Positions 24,115-37,849 of a stretch of 64,000 nucleotides of DNA are shown piece after piece (position 1 is the stretch's first letter; every line of letters starts with the position of its first letter). The notes beneath the pieces are model-generated. The model saw only the letters and a list, made by a program, of their open reading frames with translations, made no database searches and was not told where the DNA came from. Origin of the DNA: Octopus bimaculoides (Eukaryota); contig NC_068986.1 in NCBI RefSeq assembly GCF_001194135.2, forward strand, positions 92,736,722 through 92,800,721, written 5' to 3'. Made by a program: the position numbers and the translations under genes.

Positions 24115-24995
24115 TCTATCTATCTATCTACCTACCTATCTATTTGTCTGTCTTTCTCTCTATCTCATATTCTACCTACTTTTCTGTCGATGTATGTATC
24201 TGTCCTCTCTAACAAAATGGATAGACATTTGAACCAAATAATTAAAGCAAAAATTGATAAACAGTTGCACTGCTTCAGCATGGCTGCAGTAAAAGTAACA
24301 TCCACAACTATTTTCTAAAGTTATTCTGCTTCGATTTACCTATATCTTGATATATCTAGCCATCCATCTTTCTGTCTTCTATCTCTCAATAAATCTATCT
24401 ATCCACATAGATACATCAACAGATCAAGAAATATTGCAATGGCTGAACATTAAAACCTGTAGCAACAACTAAACTTTTATTTTTATTGCCTATTACAATA
24501 CTCTATTATATGAGGTTTAAAATCATGTAACTGCTTTCCACTCTCACGTTCCTTTCAATCAACACTCACTCTCACTCTCTTTCTCTTTCTCTCTCTCTCT
24601 CTCTTTCTTTCTCTCTCTCTCTTTGCCTCTCATTTCAACTATATGCTCCTGCATTTAACATGTTTTTATCTCTATCTACTTTCTACCTCTTTCTTCAATT
24701 AACTAATCTCACAACATAATGGCAATACTTTTCTCTTGCTTCTCAGTGCTAACACACTTTTCTCTCTCTCTTTTTGCCTTTCCATTTAACTAATCACACG
24801 ACAGTCGCATTCGATCTTATCATAATAACTATTACTTTCCTCCTACCACCTGTTGTTAACATGTCCCATACCCTCTTTTTCTCTCACTCGTTGCCTCTCC
24901 CTTCAACAAATCACATGGCAGTGTAATGCATTTGGCCTTAGTGTATTAATAGATAGATAATAATAATATTTTTCTTTTCTTCTCTCTCTCTGCAG

Positions 24996-25264
24996 CTGCA
25001 GTGTGCAGTTGGTGTCTATCTGCAGTCTTTTACTGGTTACAACATAAAAATCCCTCACATCTGGGTATGCAGCAACATTGCTGAGAGTGGTGGTCAGGTG
25101 TCCATTATATCAGTGCAGACAGGCTGCAGTTCTGTCTATCTGAATGAAGCATTCCAGGCCACTGATTCAGCCATAACATGCGTGGAGAGTGTTGTAGGTA
25201 ACAGCAGCCTTGATGGTTGGACCACATCTATGGATACTGTCTGGATGGCTACTGAGACATGCAA
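24996..25264 (+). CDS. ARHGEF10: RhoGEF exon 12 (WD40-like propeller)
   Basis: ctgcag|CTG...TGC AA|gtgagt; 269 nt, phase 0-2; LQCAVGVY...HIWVCSN...GQVSIIS...DTVWMATETC. Confidence 0.9.
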
Positions 25265-25499
25265 GTGAGTATCTTGACTCATTGTCATCTCACTACTTAT
25301 TATGTGTGTGTGTGTGTGTGTGTATGTGTTTGTGTGTGTGTGTGTGTGTGTGTTAGTGATGTGTGAAGCTGCATGCATAAATTGGCATGGAAATTTTTAT
25401 GAGTGCATAGATGTTTTGTGCATGTATGAATGTTTACTGTGTGTGTAAAGATCCATATGCATGTGTAAATGTGGTGTATGCTCTATTCATGTGTGTGTG

Positions 25500-25542
<43 letters not shown>

Positions 25543-25544
<2 letters not shown>

Positions 25545-25746
25545 GACATAACATATACTGAATGTAAAAACAAATGTGAGACAAACAGAAAGTTCATAAT
25601 TCTTCATCAGTTATTGACCAATGGCACTTTTGAATTTTGCACAGGTGCGAAACTGAAAAGTATTATTGGTGGATAACTGATAAAGAATTATGTACTTTCT
25701 GTTTGTCTCACATTTGTTTTTACATTCAGTATATGTTATGTCATAT
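25543..25746. repeat. Palindrome with ~78-bp arms and ~46-nt loop
   Basis: atgacataacatatactgaatgtaaaaacaaatgtgagacaaacagaaagt..cataattctt.atcagttat is inverted at 25667-25746. Confidence 0.9.
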
Positions 25747-25898
25747 GTTTATATATTTTTTCATTTATCAAGTAATGGAATGCAACACACGCCAAATTTA
25801 AATATATACCTATCTATATATATATATGCACACACATTCATATATATACATATACATATATATATATACATATAAATGCATATATATATGTATGTATG

Positions 25899-25948
<50 letters not shown>

Positions 25949-26434
25949 GGCGCGTGTGCGTGTATTGTATGATTTTGCTGTGTATGTGTTAGTACATGTG
26001 TATAAATGCACTGTGTATGAATTGATGTGTTGTATTGATGTGTTGACATGTTGTATGTGTATGGTGTGTGTATGCATGTGTGTATGTCTGTGTGTGTGTG
26101 TGTAACATACTGCTTCTGGATATGCATCAGTTATATACATATACATATCTATCTATATATANNNNNNNNNNNNNNNNNNNNNNNNNNNNNNNNNNNNNNN
26201 NNNNNNNNNNNNNNNNNNNNNNNNNNNNNNNNNNNNNNNNNNNNNNNNNNNNNNNNNNNNNNNNNNNNNNNNNNNNNNNNNNNNNNNNNNNNNNNNNNNN
26301 NNNNNNNNNNNNNNNNNNNNNNNNNNNNNNNNNNNNNNNNNNNNNNNNNNNNNNNNNNNNNNNNNNNNNNNNNNNNNNNNNNNNNNNNNNNNNNNNNNNN
26401 NNNNNNNNNNNNNNNNNNNNNNNNNNNNNNNNNN

Positions 26435-26467
<33 letters not shown>

Positions 26468-26589
26468 CTAATTTGATATCTCTCACAAGGGGTACCCACT
26501 TCTAAACAGTGTCTACTTTTGTTCTATCTTTTTCTAAACCACTGATACCACTACTACCAATACCATCACTACCACCACCACCATCACAG

Positions 26590-26747
26590 GATGTACATCT
26601 ATGGCTTGCAGAGTTGTAAGAGCAGACAACGACAACCAATCAAGGTGTTTGATTTACCTGGCAAAGTTCTGCATCTGCTCTATGTCGGAGACAAAATATT
26701 TGCTGGCATGGATAATGGGTCTGTTTTAATATTTGAAAGGAAAGCAG
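26590..26747 (+). CDS. ARHGEF10: RhoGEF exon 13 (WD40-like)
   Basis: cacag|G ATG...GCA G|gtgtgg; 158 nt, phase 2-1; MYIYGL...VLHLLYVGDKIFAGMDNGSVLIFERKA. Confidence 0.9.
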
Positions 26748-27869
26748 GTGTGGTTGAAATTCCTTACTGTCATTGCCATCATCATCATCATCGTATTTGT
26801 TGTCATAGTCGTCGTCAGCATTACCATCACAAGCATCATCAGTATCATCGTTGTTGTTGGCGTCATCATCTTCATCACCATCATCATTGTCACCATCATC
26901 GTCATTATCATCACTATTTTCGCCTCTGTCATCCTTATCTGGCCCACAACCCATCACTGTCACCACCACCACCACCACCACCACCTGTACTACCACCACC
27001 ACCACCACCAACACTACCACCACCACCACCACTACCACTACCACCAGTACTACCACCTTCATCATCCACCACCACCGTCACCATCCTACCATCACCACCA
27101 TCATCATCATTATTTATCATATTTATATCTGTTTCCCATGTTGGCATGGGTTAATTTGGTCGTCATCAGCCCCTTAGCAGAGTTACTACCTTCCTAGCTG
27201 AATTAGGGGACTACATCTCACTTGTAATTTTCCTTTGCCATGATTTCTATGGCTGAATGCCTTCGTAGCAGCATTAACCACCTTTACAAACTATATTATC
27301 AAATATGTGTGTGTTTATGTGTGTATATGTTTCAATAAGCATGCCAACTTATATGATGAATGTCAGATTGAAATCTCTTTAGATGAAAAGTAAAGAATGA
27401 TTAGAAGCAAACTAGTATAGAATTCATAGATTCAATATTGTTGGCTATCAACAATTGAGAGTTTATACAGCCAAAGTAATTTCCTATTCATTCTAAATGT
27501 AAATCAAGCCATAAAAACAAATTCATTACAGGACATTAAAGTTGAAAATAAAATTTCACAGCTTATTGTAATTACTGAACTATCAAATGTGCATGAAATT
27601 GACAATTGAACTGAAAAGACATTCGTTGTGCCCAACCTGACTTATGAGCATTATTCTGTGTTTGGGATAAATGGTATGAGGAAAGAAAAAGAATATTTTC
27701 AGCGATTGTTATTAGTGGGTGTATTCCATCTCTATATAAGTGTTTGTTTTGTCATTTTTTTACCTCTAAATTGATCTTTATGCAATCGTTTACTTTTAAA
27801 ATTTGTTTTCAATTTGATTACACATCACATTTGCATTTCATAGCATGTATATATATGTGTGTGTGTGTG

Positions 27870-27920
<51 letters not shown>

Positions 27921-27939
27921 TTTTATTTATCTATTTCAG

Positions 27940-28094
27940 ATGGAGATTATAGTTGGTGTGTTGAGCATCCAGAAGTAATCAGTCTCAGTTCTAGTCCCAT
28001 TGTTTGTTTACTGGATATCACATGTGATAATTGTATTTTAGCTGCAAGTGATAATATGATATACAAGATAGATTACTTTACTGGAAAAATACAG
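27940..28094 (+). CDS. ARHGEF10: RhoGEF exon 14 (WD40-like)
   Basis: tttcag|AT GGA...CAG|gtaaga; 155 nt, phase 1-0; DGDYSWCVEHPEVISLSSSPIVCLL...GKIQ. Confidence 0.9.
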
Positions 28095-29019
28095 GTAAGA
28101 CACTATGTGAAACATTTGGCTATATTCCTGGCTGACTCTGTCCTCTGTATTGTTGTTGTTGTTGCTTGGCTCTAAGTCAGCTTTTATTGAGCAAAGCTAT
28201 GCTCAAATGTGTTCCAATTGTGACCACAACTTTTTGCATACCTAGAACCAAATAATCTATTTTCTTTTCTTTTTTGAAAATGGTAGACTGTAATTTGAGT
28301 GTTATTATGCTGCTACTTTTAGCAAGTCATGTGGAGATTTAGAAGTTTATATCTGTATCTAGTGTACTTACAAACAGGTATGTCAGTAGGTACAAGAATC
28401 TTAAATGCTAAAATTCTGTACAGCTATAATTGTTGTTGGCACTCCGTCGCTTACGATGTTGAGGTTTCCAGTTGATCCGATCAACAGAACAGCCTGCTGC
28501 TCGTGAAATTAACATGCAAGTGGCTGAGCACTCCCCAGGCACTCGGGGATATTCAGCGTGACACAGTGTGACAAGGCTGACCCTTTGAATTACAGGCACA
28601 ACAGAAACAGGAAGTAAGAGCGAGAGAAAGTTGTGGTGGAAGAGTACAGCAGGGTTCGCCACAATCCCCTGCCGGAGCCTTGTGGAGCTTTAGGTGTTTT
28701 CACTGAATAAACACTCACAACGCCCAGTCTGGGAATCGAAACCGTGATTTTATGACCGTGAGTCTGCTGCCCTTAACCACTGGGCCATTGCGCCTCCACA
28801 CATCTATAATTAAGAGGCACTGAAAGAATAGAAAAACAATTTTTTTTTGCATCATCAGATATTTATACATATATGCGAGTACATATGCAGGTGCAGGTAT
28901 GGCTGTGGGGTTTAAGAAGCTCACTTTGCAAGTATGTGGTTTGGGTTCAGCCCTACTCTGTGGCACCAATGCCTTGTGACTGAATTTTGTAGACAGAAAC
29001 TGTTTGGAAGCCTGCTGTT

Positions 29020-29051
<32 letters not shown>

Positions 29052-30253
29052 TGTATGTATGTGTGTATAGANNNNNNNNNNNNNNNNNNNNNNNNNNNNN
29101 NNNNNNNNNNNNNNNNNNNNNNNNNNNNNNNNNNNNNNNNNNNNNNNNNNNNNNNNNNNNNNNNNNNNNNNNNNNNNNNNNNNNNNNNNNNNNNNNNNNN
29201 NNNNNNNNNNNNNNNNNNNNNNNNNNNNNNNNNNNNNNNNNNNNNNNNNNNNNNNNNNNNNNNNNNNNNNNNNNNNNNNNNNNNNNNNNNNNNNNNNNNN
29301 NNNNNNNNNNNNNNNNNNNNNNNNNNNNNNNNNNNNNNNNNNNNNNNNNNNNNNNNNNNNNNNNNNNNNNNNNNNNNNNNNNNNNNNNNNNNNNNNNNNN
29401 NNNNNNNNNNNNNNNNNNNNNNNNNNNNNNNNNNNNNNNNNNNNNNNNNNNNNNNNNNNNNNNNNNNNNNNNNNNNNNNNNNNNNNNNNNNNNNNNNNNN
29501 NNNNNNNNNNNNNNNNNNNNNNNNNNNNNNNNNNNNNNNNNNNNNNNNNNNNNNNNNNNNNNNNNNNNNNNNNNNNNNNNNNNNNNNNNNNNNNNNNNNN
29601 NNNNNNNNNNNNNNNNNNNNNATATATATATATATATATATATAAATAAGTTCACTCAGCTGGCAAAAATGAGTTGTACCTGTATTTCAAAGGGTCAGCC
29701 TTGTCACACTTTGTCTCACACTGAATCTCTCTGAAAATTATGTTAAAGTTATATGAGTATATAATTTCACAAGCAGGCTGTTCCATTGAGTGGATCAAAT
29801 GGAAGACTTGTAATTGTAAATGATGGAAATCCAGGCCTTACTGTACTGTCGTATGTGAGTGCTGAGCAAGTGCAGAATCAATGATATGAAATTGATAGCA
29901 TTTAGTGGGAGGTTTTTAATGTGGGTCCTATAGGCATATGTACCTTTACTACTAGGTTAATCCAGTTGCAGCAACGAGGAAAAGATATACTTGCTGAAAT
30001 AATTAAAAATCGTATTAGTCAAGGAGCTAATGTTGTCTTTTCTCATCATGTAATTATGTCTAATTAGATGTTTGATGATCACTGTACACGATATGTTGAA
30101 ACTAACATTATCTCTATGTTTGTCTACATACCTATGTATCTATCATTTTCTCTCTGTCCACCTGTCTGTTTGTTTATCTACTTGTATCTATCTATCTGTT
30201 TGTCAGTCTGTCTATATGTATTTATGTCTATCAGTGTACGTGCATGTACGCAC

Positions 30254-30285
<32 letters not shown>

Positions 30286-30390
30286 CTGTCTAAGTGTCTG
30301 TCTGTCTATATTTTTGTTTGTCTTTCTATTTCTCTGATTGGCTCAATCTATATCTATCTATCTATCTATCTATCTGTATATATATATACA

Positions 30391-30445
<55 letters not shown>

Positions 30446-30925
30446 CTGTTTACATGTATGTGTGAGTGAATGCATGCATGTGCGGGTATATGCATACTTT
30501 TCTCTCTACCTGTCTGCATGCATCAATCTGAAGATCTGCTGCTATGTATATGCGTGTATATGTGTGTGTGTTCCTATCTTATTTCTTTATTGCCTACAAG
30601 GGACTAGACATAAAGGGGACAAATAAGGACAGACAAACGGATTAAGTCGATTACATCGACCCCAGTGCGTAACTGGTACTTAATTTATCTATCCCGAAAG
30701 GATGAAAGGCAAAGTCGACCTTGGCGGAATTTGAGCTCAGAACGTAGCGGCAGACAAAATACCGCTAAGCATTTTGCCCAGCGTGCTAACGTTTCTGCCA
30801 GCTCGTTCCTATCTACCTATCTCATATCACTCCAGCATTTATCATACATCTGCCACCACAACCACCACCACCACCACCATCACCACTACCACCACCATCA
30901 TCTCTGTATATGTTTCATTTTGCAG

Positions 30926-31097
30926 GTCTCCTGTTGCCTGTCCCCTGAAGGTGTTATCCAACACATAGTGCAGGCAGGAGTTGGTATCTGGGTCTCCTAT
31001 CAGAACAGTCCCACCATACATCTCTATCATATTGAGAATTTGAATCTCTTACAGGAAATCAATATTGCTTCGGCTGGAACAAGGGTCCTTCCTGCAG
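30926..31097 (+). CDS. ARHGEF10: RhoGEF exon 15 (WD40-like)
   Basis: ttgcag|GTC...GCA G|gtgagt; 172 nt, phase 0-1; ...HIVQAGVGIWVSYQNSPTIHLYHIENLNLLQEINIAS. Confidence 0.93.
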
Positions 31098-32537
31098 GTG
31101 AGTGACTCTCTCTGTGTGTCTTTCTCTCTTTATATTACTCTCTTTTTACTCTTTTACACTTTTACTTGTTTCAGTCATTTGACTGTGGCCATGCGGGAGC
31201 ACCACCTTTTAGTCGAGCAAATCAACCCTGGGACTTATTCTTTGTAAGCCTAGTACTTATTCTATCGGTCTCTTTTTGCCGAACCACTAAGTTACGGGAA
31301 CATAAACACACCAGCATCGGTTGTCAAGTGTTGTTGGGGGGACAAACACAGACATGCAAACATATACACACACATACATATATATATACATATATACGAC
31401 AGGCTTCTTTCAGTTTCCGTCTACCAAATCCACTCACAAGGCTTTGGTCGGCCCAAGGCTATAGTAGAAGACACTTGCCCAAGGTGCCACGCAGTGGGAA
31501 TGAACCCAGAACCATGTGGTTGGTAAGCAAGCTACTTACCACACAGCCACTCCTGCGCCATGAAACAAATAATTTATAATAAGCTTGCTCATCAGGTCAA
31601 AAGAATCTCATGGTTATAATTATACATCAACATGACAGTCTAAATAAATGCAGAGGCTCAATTATCAAAACACTTACCTATGGAAGACAATAAGTAATAA
31701 AATTAAGAAAATTGTCTTCACATAATATGTTTGAGGTTTTCACCTTCATATCGAAAAGATATGCCTCCCAACGCATTCCTCTCATGAAGGAATTGACTTT
31801 CTAGATCAGAAGCTTCATATAATCATCATATACTTCCTCTATTTATAATTTATACACTCCTAATATTTTTCTGTTGTATCAGACTATACACTCTATGTGA
31901 TTTGTAGCTTGATACATCAAGGAGTTTTTTTATGAGTACCACCAGATTAGTCAAATCCATATACTGTGAGTAATATATATGTCTACATACAGGAGTGGCT
32001 GTGTGGTAAGAAGCTTGCTTCCCAATCACATGGTTCTGAGTTCAGCCCTACTACATGGCACCTTGGGAAAGTGTCTTTTTACTTTAGCCTTAAGCCAAGC
32101 AAAGCCATGTGAATGGATTTGAATGGAAGCTGAAAGAAGCTCGTCATACACACACNNNNNNNNNNNNNNNNNNNNNNNNNNNNNNNNNNNNNNNNNNNNN
32201 NNNNNNNNNNNNNNNNNNNNNNNNNNNNNNNNNNNNNNNNNNNNNNNNNNNNNNNNNNNNNNNNNNNNNNNNNNNNNNNNNNNNNNNNNNNNNNNNNNNN
32301 NNNNNNNNNNNNNNNNNNNNNNNNNNNNNNNNNNNNNNNNNNNNNNNNNNNNNNNNNNNNNNNNNNNNNNNNNNNNNNNNNNNNNNNNNNNNNCAATATA
32401 TATATTTTTATGTTTGGTAAGCTCTCAGCACATGAAACTAATAGTAGCACATAAAAACATATTGTGTTTATTAAATAGTATTTATCTCTCACCAAATGGA
32501 ATACATTTTGATCTTACCATCACAGAACAGTACACTT

Positions 32538-32589
<52 letters not shown>

Positions 32590-32609
32590 TGTGTCTGTAT
32601 ATATATACA

Positions 32610-33442
32610 CAGGCATACCTCAGCTTAAGTTGTTTCTCAATTATATGTCATTTTTTAAAAGTAATATATGGAAAAATAAAAATGAAGTTAAGTCATTTTA
32701 CTCAACTTTACATCTGTCTACCACAAATATTGGAATCGTAAAATCACTAGAAAACTGTTAAAAGCACATTAAACCATGTTTTTGTATAATAAATAAGAAT
32801 AAAAGAATATAAGATCATATTAAAATACGTACAGTAAATGTTAAGATACACACCATAAAGTAGTGTAGCTTAATTGAATGAAATCATGAAATCAGCTCTG
32901 TTGTCTTATTTATCGGTCTTTTGGAGCTCATATTGCACTGTAGTTCCAATATCTACTATTAGGCGCCATTGTCACTCATGATTCCTGCGATTGTTTTGAA
33001 TTCAGATTTGTGTTACGTCTGTTTATCGGCTATTTTCTCATTCTCATTCATTTGTGACTTTAGTTTTTGCCCCCATGGCTCCTCAGAAAATTCATAGTTA
33101 AAGTACTGAGTGTCATGCTATAAAGCTGGAAGATAAACTGGCTATGATAAAACGCCATGCAAAAGGTGAAAGAGTGGTAGCAATTGCACGATCTTTTGGG
33201 ATGAGTCAGACAACTGTATCGACGATTGTACATAATAAGGACAAGATTTTAGTACATATCAAGCATATCAAACCATGTATTGTTGAAAATGCATTCATGA
33301 ATAAATTACAGAACTGGGAACGGTTATTATCGGTTCAGCCTAGAGACAAGTAAATTCAGCTTAGCCTAACCTTGAGTCGAGTTAATTCAACTTAAGTTGT
33401 GTCTCTTGGAAACAATTAATGACGTAGAGTGAGGTATGCCTG
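32610..33442 (+). mobile_element. Tigger/pogo-like internally deleted DNA transposon
   Basis: TIRs CAGGCATACCTC / GAGGTATGCCTG, followed by TA on the right. Internal CENP-B-type HTH remnant MIKRHAKGERVVAIARSFGMSQTTVSTIVHNKDKI at 33144. Confidence 0.85.
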
Positions 33443-33452
33443 TATATACATG

Positions 33453-33522
<70 letters not shown>

Positions 33523-33770
33523 NNNNNNNNNNNNNNNNNNNNNNNNNNNNNNNNNNNNNNNNNNNNNNNNNNNNNNNNNNNNNNNNNNNNNNNNNNNNNN
33601 NNNNNNNNNNNNNNNNNNNNNNNNNNNNNNNNNNNNNNNNNNNNNNNNNNNNNNNNNNNNNNNNNNNNNNNNNNNNNNNNNNNNNNNNNNNNNNNNNNNN
33701 NNNNNNNNNNNNNNNNNNNNNNNNNNNNNNNNNNNNNNNNNNNNNNNNNNNNNNNNNNNNNNNNNNNNNN

Positions 33771-33841
<71 letters not shown>

Positions 33842-33961
33842 ATCTTTGACTTGATTCTCATCTCATTATTCATAACTTATCTCCATAATGAGCCCTTATC
33901 TATTGTACTCACATCATTCATGAATAATTAATATTCTTATTGTTTCCTTTTATCATTTTAG

Positions 33962-35433
33962 ATTCCCCAAAAGAATGTACTGTGACATGTCTTCTATCAA
34001 GTCTTGGAATGTTATGGATTGGAACGAACCTTGGCCTCTTAGTGTCATTTCCTTTGCCTCGCTTACGAAATGGTGTCCCTCTAGTCAGTGGACGTCCATT
34101 TGTCTCATATCATGGCCACAAAGAAACTGTCCGATTTCTATTACCTTTCATGTTGGGTTACAGAACAAAAAGCGGCAGCAATACTTTGCAATACAATTCC
34201 AAAACGCTGTCCATGGCGTCCAAGATTCAAACACTCAAGACCACTGGTGTCAGTTCTCGCTTTGAGGACCTCATTGAAGATGACAATGGTGTTAAGATTG
34301 AAAATGATGATGATGAGGATGATGATGACGACAACCAAACATTGGTTGAGGAGGGCTATAAAATGTTACAGGAGGAACTGAAAGAAAAACTGTCCAAACG
34401 CTACAACTCAACACCAAATCTACTTATAGAAGAAGACGAGGACAAAAATGAAGTGCCAAATGTGCAAAATAAGGAACAGAGGGGTACAAAGGAAATGGAA
34501 GTGTTGTATCGAAGTCTGATGGGTAATTCAATTAGGAGGTCTCGCACTCAATCCCTTCACCACCACCGGTTATCAAAGTTGCGGGGCAGGGCTGATAGTG
34601 GTGGCCAGCATGGAAACTTTGATAGTAAGTTTGGTAGTTATAATGACAGCAGCATTAGTAACCGAAACACTTTAGCAGCCATCAAGGGAAGTCCACTTTC
34701 GTCTCTGTCACAAAAGGTCGTGAAAAATTCAGCCATCCATCGCAGAAGCAAAGATGAAACGATGTGCCAAAATGTTAGTGCTGGCCATGAGTGCACTGTC
34801 CCCGGTGCATCGACCACTTCTGACAGCACTCTTACTACTACTACTACTACTACTACTACTGCTACTGCAACAATACCAACATCAACATTAGTCCCAACAA
34901 CAACAACAACAACAACAACAATGGTAGAGAAGAAAAAAGCGACGTTGGTGAGACAAAGACCTACCGAAGAGATGAGTGAGGAGCCAGTTCCTGAAGCAAA
35001 TGTTGATGATTCAGAAACAGCTTCAACAACAAACACACAGACAACCATCACTACAACACCGACATCTTCGACAACAACACCAACGTCTTCATCATCATCA
35101 TCTGCATCATCATCATCATCACCATCGTCATCATCATCAACGACAGCAACAACAACAACAACAACAACAACAACAGCAACAGCAAGAAGAAGAAGAACAA
35201 CAACGGCAACAGCGTCGATAACAATATCAACAGCAACAAACCATTTCTCATCTCTACAGTCACAAATGTCCCAAAGTTCCAGAATATGGGAATTCCAAGA
35301 AGAATCAGACTGTAACTCAATCATGATAGTCAGTGGAGGTAACGGATATTTCAATGCTAGTCCAAATGCAGCGGCAAATAAAACTAGTCGAGGAAACGAT
35401 TCCACACTCCTATTCTGGATCTACAAAATATGA
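33962..35433 (+). CDS. ARHGEF10: RhoGEF terminal exon 16 (last WD40-like blades plus long low-complexity insert; TGA stop)
   Basis: ttttag|AT TCC...TGA; 1472 nt; VTCLLSSLGMLWIGTNLGLLVSFPLPRL...SYHGHKETVRFL, and at the C-terminus IVSGGNGY...DSTLLFWIYKI*, the typical ARHGEF10/17 ending. Confidence 0.93.
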
Positions 35434-37509
35434 CATATATAACAGTGTTGTTGTTATTGCTATTGTTGTTGTTGTTTAACCCCAGATTAAAGATCTGACA
35501 GAACAAACCTATCCTTAATCCTTTTGTTATTATATTTCTACTGAAAAATACAACTTTAATTTCAATTGAGTTTAAAATAATGAAGATTTTATTAAAATGA
35601 CTTTGTCGTTACTAAGCCGGTGTATAAAACATAAATTAACACAAATTTTTGTTCAAGGGTTTTAATTTGGATCCCTTTAAAACAAATGTCTGTTTCAAAG
35701 AACCAGTTGTCTCATGTGGGTTGGCATTAAAACGGTTGGTATTTTTTCTTTCAACAGTGGAGTATATTTTACAATGTATTATTTAAAAAAATTTTTTTTT
35801 TTTTTTGAAAACTGGCGCAGNNNNNNNNNNNNNNNNNNNNNNNNNNNNNNNNNNNNNNNNNNNNNNNNNNNNNNNNNNNNNNNNNNNNNNNNNNNNNNNN
35901 NNNNNNNNNNNNNNNNNNNNNNNNNNNNNNNNNNNNNNNNNNNNNNNNNNNNNNNNNNNNNNNNNNNNNNNNNNNNNNNNNNNNNNNNNNNNNNNNNNNN
36001 NNNNNNNNNNNNNNNNNNNNNNNNNNNNNNNNNNNNNNNNNNNNNNNNNNNNNNNNNNNNNNNNNNNNNNNNNNNNNNNNNNNNNNNNNNNNNNNNNNNN
36101 NNNNNNNNNNNNNNNNNNNNNNNNNNNNNNNNNNNNNNNNNNNNNNNNTGTGTGTATATGTTTGTGTGTCTGTGTTTGTCCTCCCAACTTCACTTGATAA
36201 CCGACACTGATGTGTTTACGTCCCCGTAACTTAGCGATTCGGCAAGAGAGACCGATAGATTAAGTACTAGGCTTACAAAGAATATGTCCTGGGATTGATT
36301 TGCTTGACTAAAGGTGGTGCTCCAGCATTGCCACAGTCAAATGACTGAAACAAGTAAAAGAGTAAAAGAGTAAAAAAGAGAGTAATATATATGTATATAT
36401 ATATGTATGTGTGTGTATATGTTTGTGTGTCTATATTTGTCCCCTCCCAAATCTCTTGACAACCGATGCTAGTGTGTTTACGTCCCCGTAACTTAGCGAT
36501 TTGGCAAGAGAGACCGATAGAATAAGTACTAGGCTTCCAAAGAATAAGTCCTGGGGTCGATTTGCTCGACTAAAGGTGGTGCTCCAGCATTGCCACAGTC
36601 AAATGGCTGAAACAAGTAAAAGAGTAAAAGAGTAGTGCAAAGCCTGAAGGAGATTTAGCTGCTATTTCTAGCAAGCAGACTGACCGTGTTCAAATGGTGT
36701 CGGTGGTATTTTTGCGGTGTCGGCACTGTTGTAGAAATAGTAGTAGAGACTGTTGTTCTCTATAAAATCAAAAGACCTACACAAAAGCATATTTTATTTC
36801 ATACCATTCCTCTTCTCCTTCACACACACACACACACATGCACACACACACACACACACACACACATGCACATACACACACACACATACACACGCACACA
36901 CGCACATATGCACACACACACATGCAAGCACACATATGCGCACACTCACAAATGCACAATAAAATTAATATATAAAAACGAACTAACTACAATATAGTTG
37001 TGATCACTTGATATGCTAGAAAAAGCAACCAAATCTCATCCAAACATCACCCATCCATCTTTTAAAAACATGAAGGACACATTTGATAATGTATTCTTTG
37101 ATATATTAAAAGAAAAAATGGGATGATCATGGCTGGAATGCCTTTGGTTGGTCATAGGTCTGCTCAATCAGAATTGACCTGGTGCTAAATAACAGCAAAA
37201 ACAACCACACCCAGAATATGGCTTCATGACCTTCCTTTCACTCTCCCTTTTTCTCTTTTAAACATTTCATCTACTGAATACTATTCACACACACACACAC
37301 TTATATACACTCACTTATATATACACTCACTTATACTGTTCCTGCTACCAAGCTTGATATCCTCGGAGATGGAAACTTTATCCTCCCATCTCACATAACA
37401 AGGATTGTCTGCACTGTACAGAATCTGTTACCAATTCCTCAAGAGTTCTTGCTAGACGTCATAGACATATCATATTTGAAAATAAGATGGGATGGTCACA
37501 AATGAAAAG

Positions 37510-37552
<43 letters not shown>

Positions 37553-37849
37553 TTCTGTTGACAAAATTTACAAACAAGGCTTTGGTCAGCTTAAGGCTAT
37601 AACCATGTAGTTGGAAGTTAACTTCTTAACCACACAGCCATGCCAGTACCTACATATTATGTATGTATGTATGTATGTATGTCTACCTGGGCTGCACACT
37701 CAGCCGTTCTTGCTCCCTGGATAAGGAAATATCTTTCAGGCTGCAGAGAGCAACTGATTCCTTCCGGTCTCTTTAGTCACGTGTCTGGTCCCAGCATGGC
37801 ATCGCAAGGCAAACAAAAGTTGCTGTGTACCGTGCATGTGTACTGACAT

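Noticed and set aside
34638-35405. 255-aa minus-strand ORF rich in Val/Asp
   Set aside because: It is the antisense shadow of the trinucleotide-rich RhoGEF terminal exon.
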